Shown here one piece after another: positions 62,821 through 64,000 of a DNA stretch of 64,000 nucleotides (the first letter of the stretch is position 1; every line of letters starts with the position of its first letter). The translations under genes were made by a program, and so were the position numbers. Origin of the DNA: a virus (lineage: Duplodnaviria > Caudoviricetes). The notes under the pieces were generated by a model that made no database searches, was not told where the DNA came from, and saw only the letters and a program-made list of their open reading frames with translations. Where the stretch lies: positions 1-64,000 of the IMG/VR virus record IMGVR_UViG_3300033070_001497. One strand, 5' to 3'.

Positions 62821-63056
62821 CAACTGATTCATTCTACCGCAAAATGCTTGCCCGAGAGAGGGTCAATATGGGATTCGACTATTCGAACGGAATGCTGTCC
62901 AAATTCGTGTCTCCTAGGTTGTATGGGAACCCGATGCTCGCTGAATTTCTCAACCGGATAGACAAGGTGATCGTCGACATGGCCGAATCAATCAAGCGCG
63001 TCCAATTCTACTTCGCGTTCACAATCGATAAGAACGATCTAAGCATCAACCAGTGA
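62817..63056 (+). CDS. hypothetical baseplate-region protein
   Basis: Coupled 79-aa ORF. Confidence 0.65.
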   Translation: MTTDSFYRKMLARERVNMGFDYSNGMLSKFVSPRLYGNPMLAEFLNRIDKVIVDMAESIKRVQFYFAFTIDKNDLSINQ

Positions 63057-64000
63057 GCTACAAGTACTACAACTTCTACAACAAGAGAGGCGAGTACCTG
63101 AACCTCGATTACGACGCTGACTCTGATTGCTGGACCGGTAGGATCCAACACGGAGTCATCTCTGAGGGGCTGGTCGAGGACGCACAGATCTACATCCTAG
63201 AACAGGTCTACAACCAAACTTCTGGGCTAGTGGAGAGCGCGTTTCCTGTGGGCTCCCCAGTGGTCTGTGATGGAGGAATCGTCTTGCAGGGAGCTGGATC
63301 GTCTGGCATCGATGGCACGTATTGTCCTGATGGCACCAGTGAAACCTTTCCAATGTGGACCCAGGTCGGAGGTACCACTTTCCAGGATAGCATCTACTAC
63401 ATCTACGTAGGAGGTGGCATCTATTTGTGGGTGATCACCAGCGGAGGATCATACTCCCAATCCCCGTTCTACGCAAAATACGCTGCCTACAACGTAGATG
63501 GGACTTTGCCGTTGCCCTCGGATTTCTTTGTGACCTCTGGTGGATTACCAGAAGTTCCTAGTTTCGGTTCAGTAGAGCTCATGGGTGCCGGTCCATTCCT
63601 AAACGTCTACTTTTCGCCGACTGGCGCATCCGAACACTTCCAATATGGATTCTCTGCTAACCCTACCGCTGATAACTGGCTCGTGAAGGAGCGCCAAAAG
63701 AACTATGGTCTGGAGATCAATAGTTTCACGATAGTTGGTGTGACTGGCAACGATCCAGGAATGAAGATAGTAGATGAGGTTAGGTCGGAAGCTCTTCAAA
63801 TCAACATCGGGTTCCAGCCATCCACCGAGGCCAATTACAGCAATTGGCTCACGATCGAAGACGGCTTGGGCCATGTCATCGCTAGGATAGAAGTCTATGG
63901 CGAGGGAGAGAACGAGGACGAGAGGCTCAAGGACATCCTCCAGAACTTCGGACACGACATCCTCAGTGAGGACATGCCAGTGTTCGACAAGACGGACATC
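63053..64000 (+). CDS. virion structural protein (partial, runs off the window)
   Basis: GTG 63053 reads MSYKYYNFYNKRGE...; the frame appears open to the window end (...YGEGENEDERL...FDKTDI). Confidence 0.7.
   Translation, partial: MSYKYYNFYNKRGEYLNLDYDADSDCWTGRIQHGVISEGLVEDAQIYILEQVYNQTSGLVESAFPVGSPVVCDGGIVLQGAGSSGIDGTYCPDGTSETFPMWTQVGGTTFQDSIYYIYVGGGIYLWVITSGGSYSQSPFYAKYAAYNVDGTLPLPSDFFVTSGGLPEVPSFGSVELMGAGPFLNVYFSPTGASEHFQYGFSANPTADNWLVKERQKNYGLEINSFTIVGVTGNDPGMKIVDEVRSEALQINIGFQPSTEANYSNWLTIEDGLGHVIARIEVYGEGENEDERLKDILQNFGHDILSEDMPVFDKTDI

Overview
This window is a 64-kb piece of a large tailed (T4-like/jumbo myovirus) phage genome, most likely infecting Bacteroidota. The host inference rests on repeated TAnnTTTG -7 promoter boxes, a boxA-like GTTCATTGACATA and start codons without Shine-Dalgarno motifs. 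From left to right it holds: (1) a putative virion-packaged ADP-ribosyltransferase; (2) a translation module in which a Pth2-like gene has an amber codon at codon 3 and an amber-suppressor tRNA inside its own 3' end; (3) YqeY, YqhA, vWA, PurA-like, WGR-PARP, MazG-like and UvrD genes; (4) a ~6.3-kb RNA region with a leader-peptide attenuator, about 20 tRNAs, a minimal RNase P RNA, six stem-closed repeat RNAs (two carrying circularly permuted, Y-RNA-like tRNA modules), other tRNA-like RNAs, two homing endonucleases and a SET-domain gene; (5) RNA-repair and nucleotide genes (HAD, ATP-grasp, PNK, DEDDh exonuclease, DHFR-like, guanylate kinase, NAD-dependent ligase); (6) a cytosine-hypermodification cluster; (7) collagen-like fibre genes and a baseplate/neck module that also contains a ribosomal-protein-S1-like gene. 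All calls come from reading motifs by eye. No database search was run, so family names and novelty need checking.
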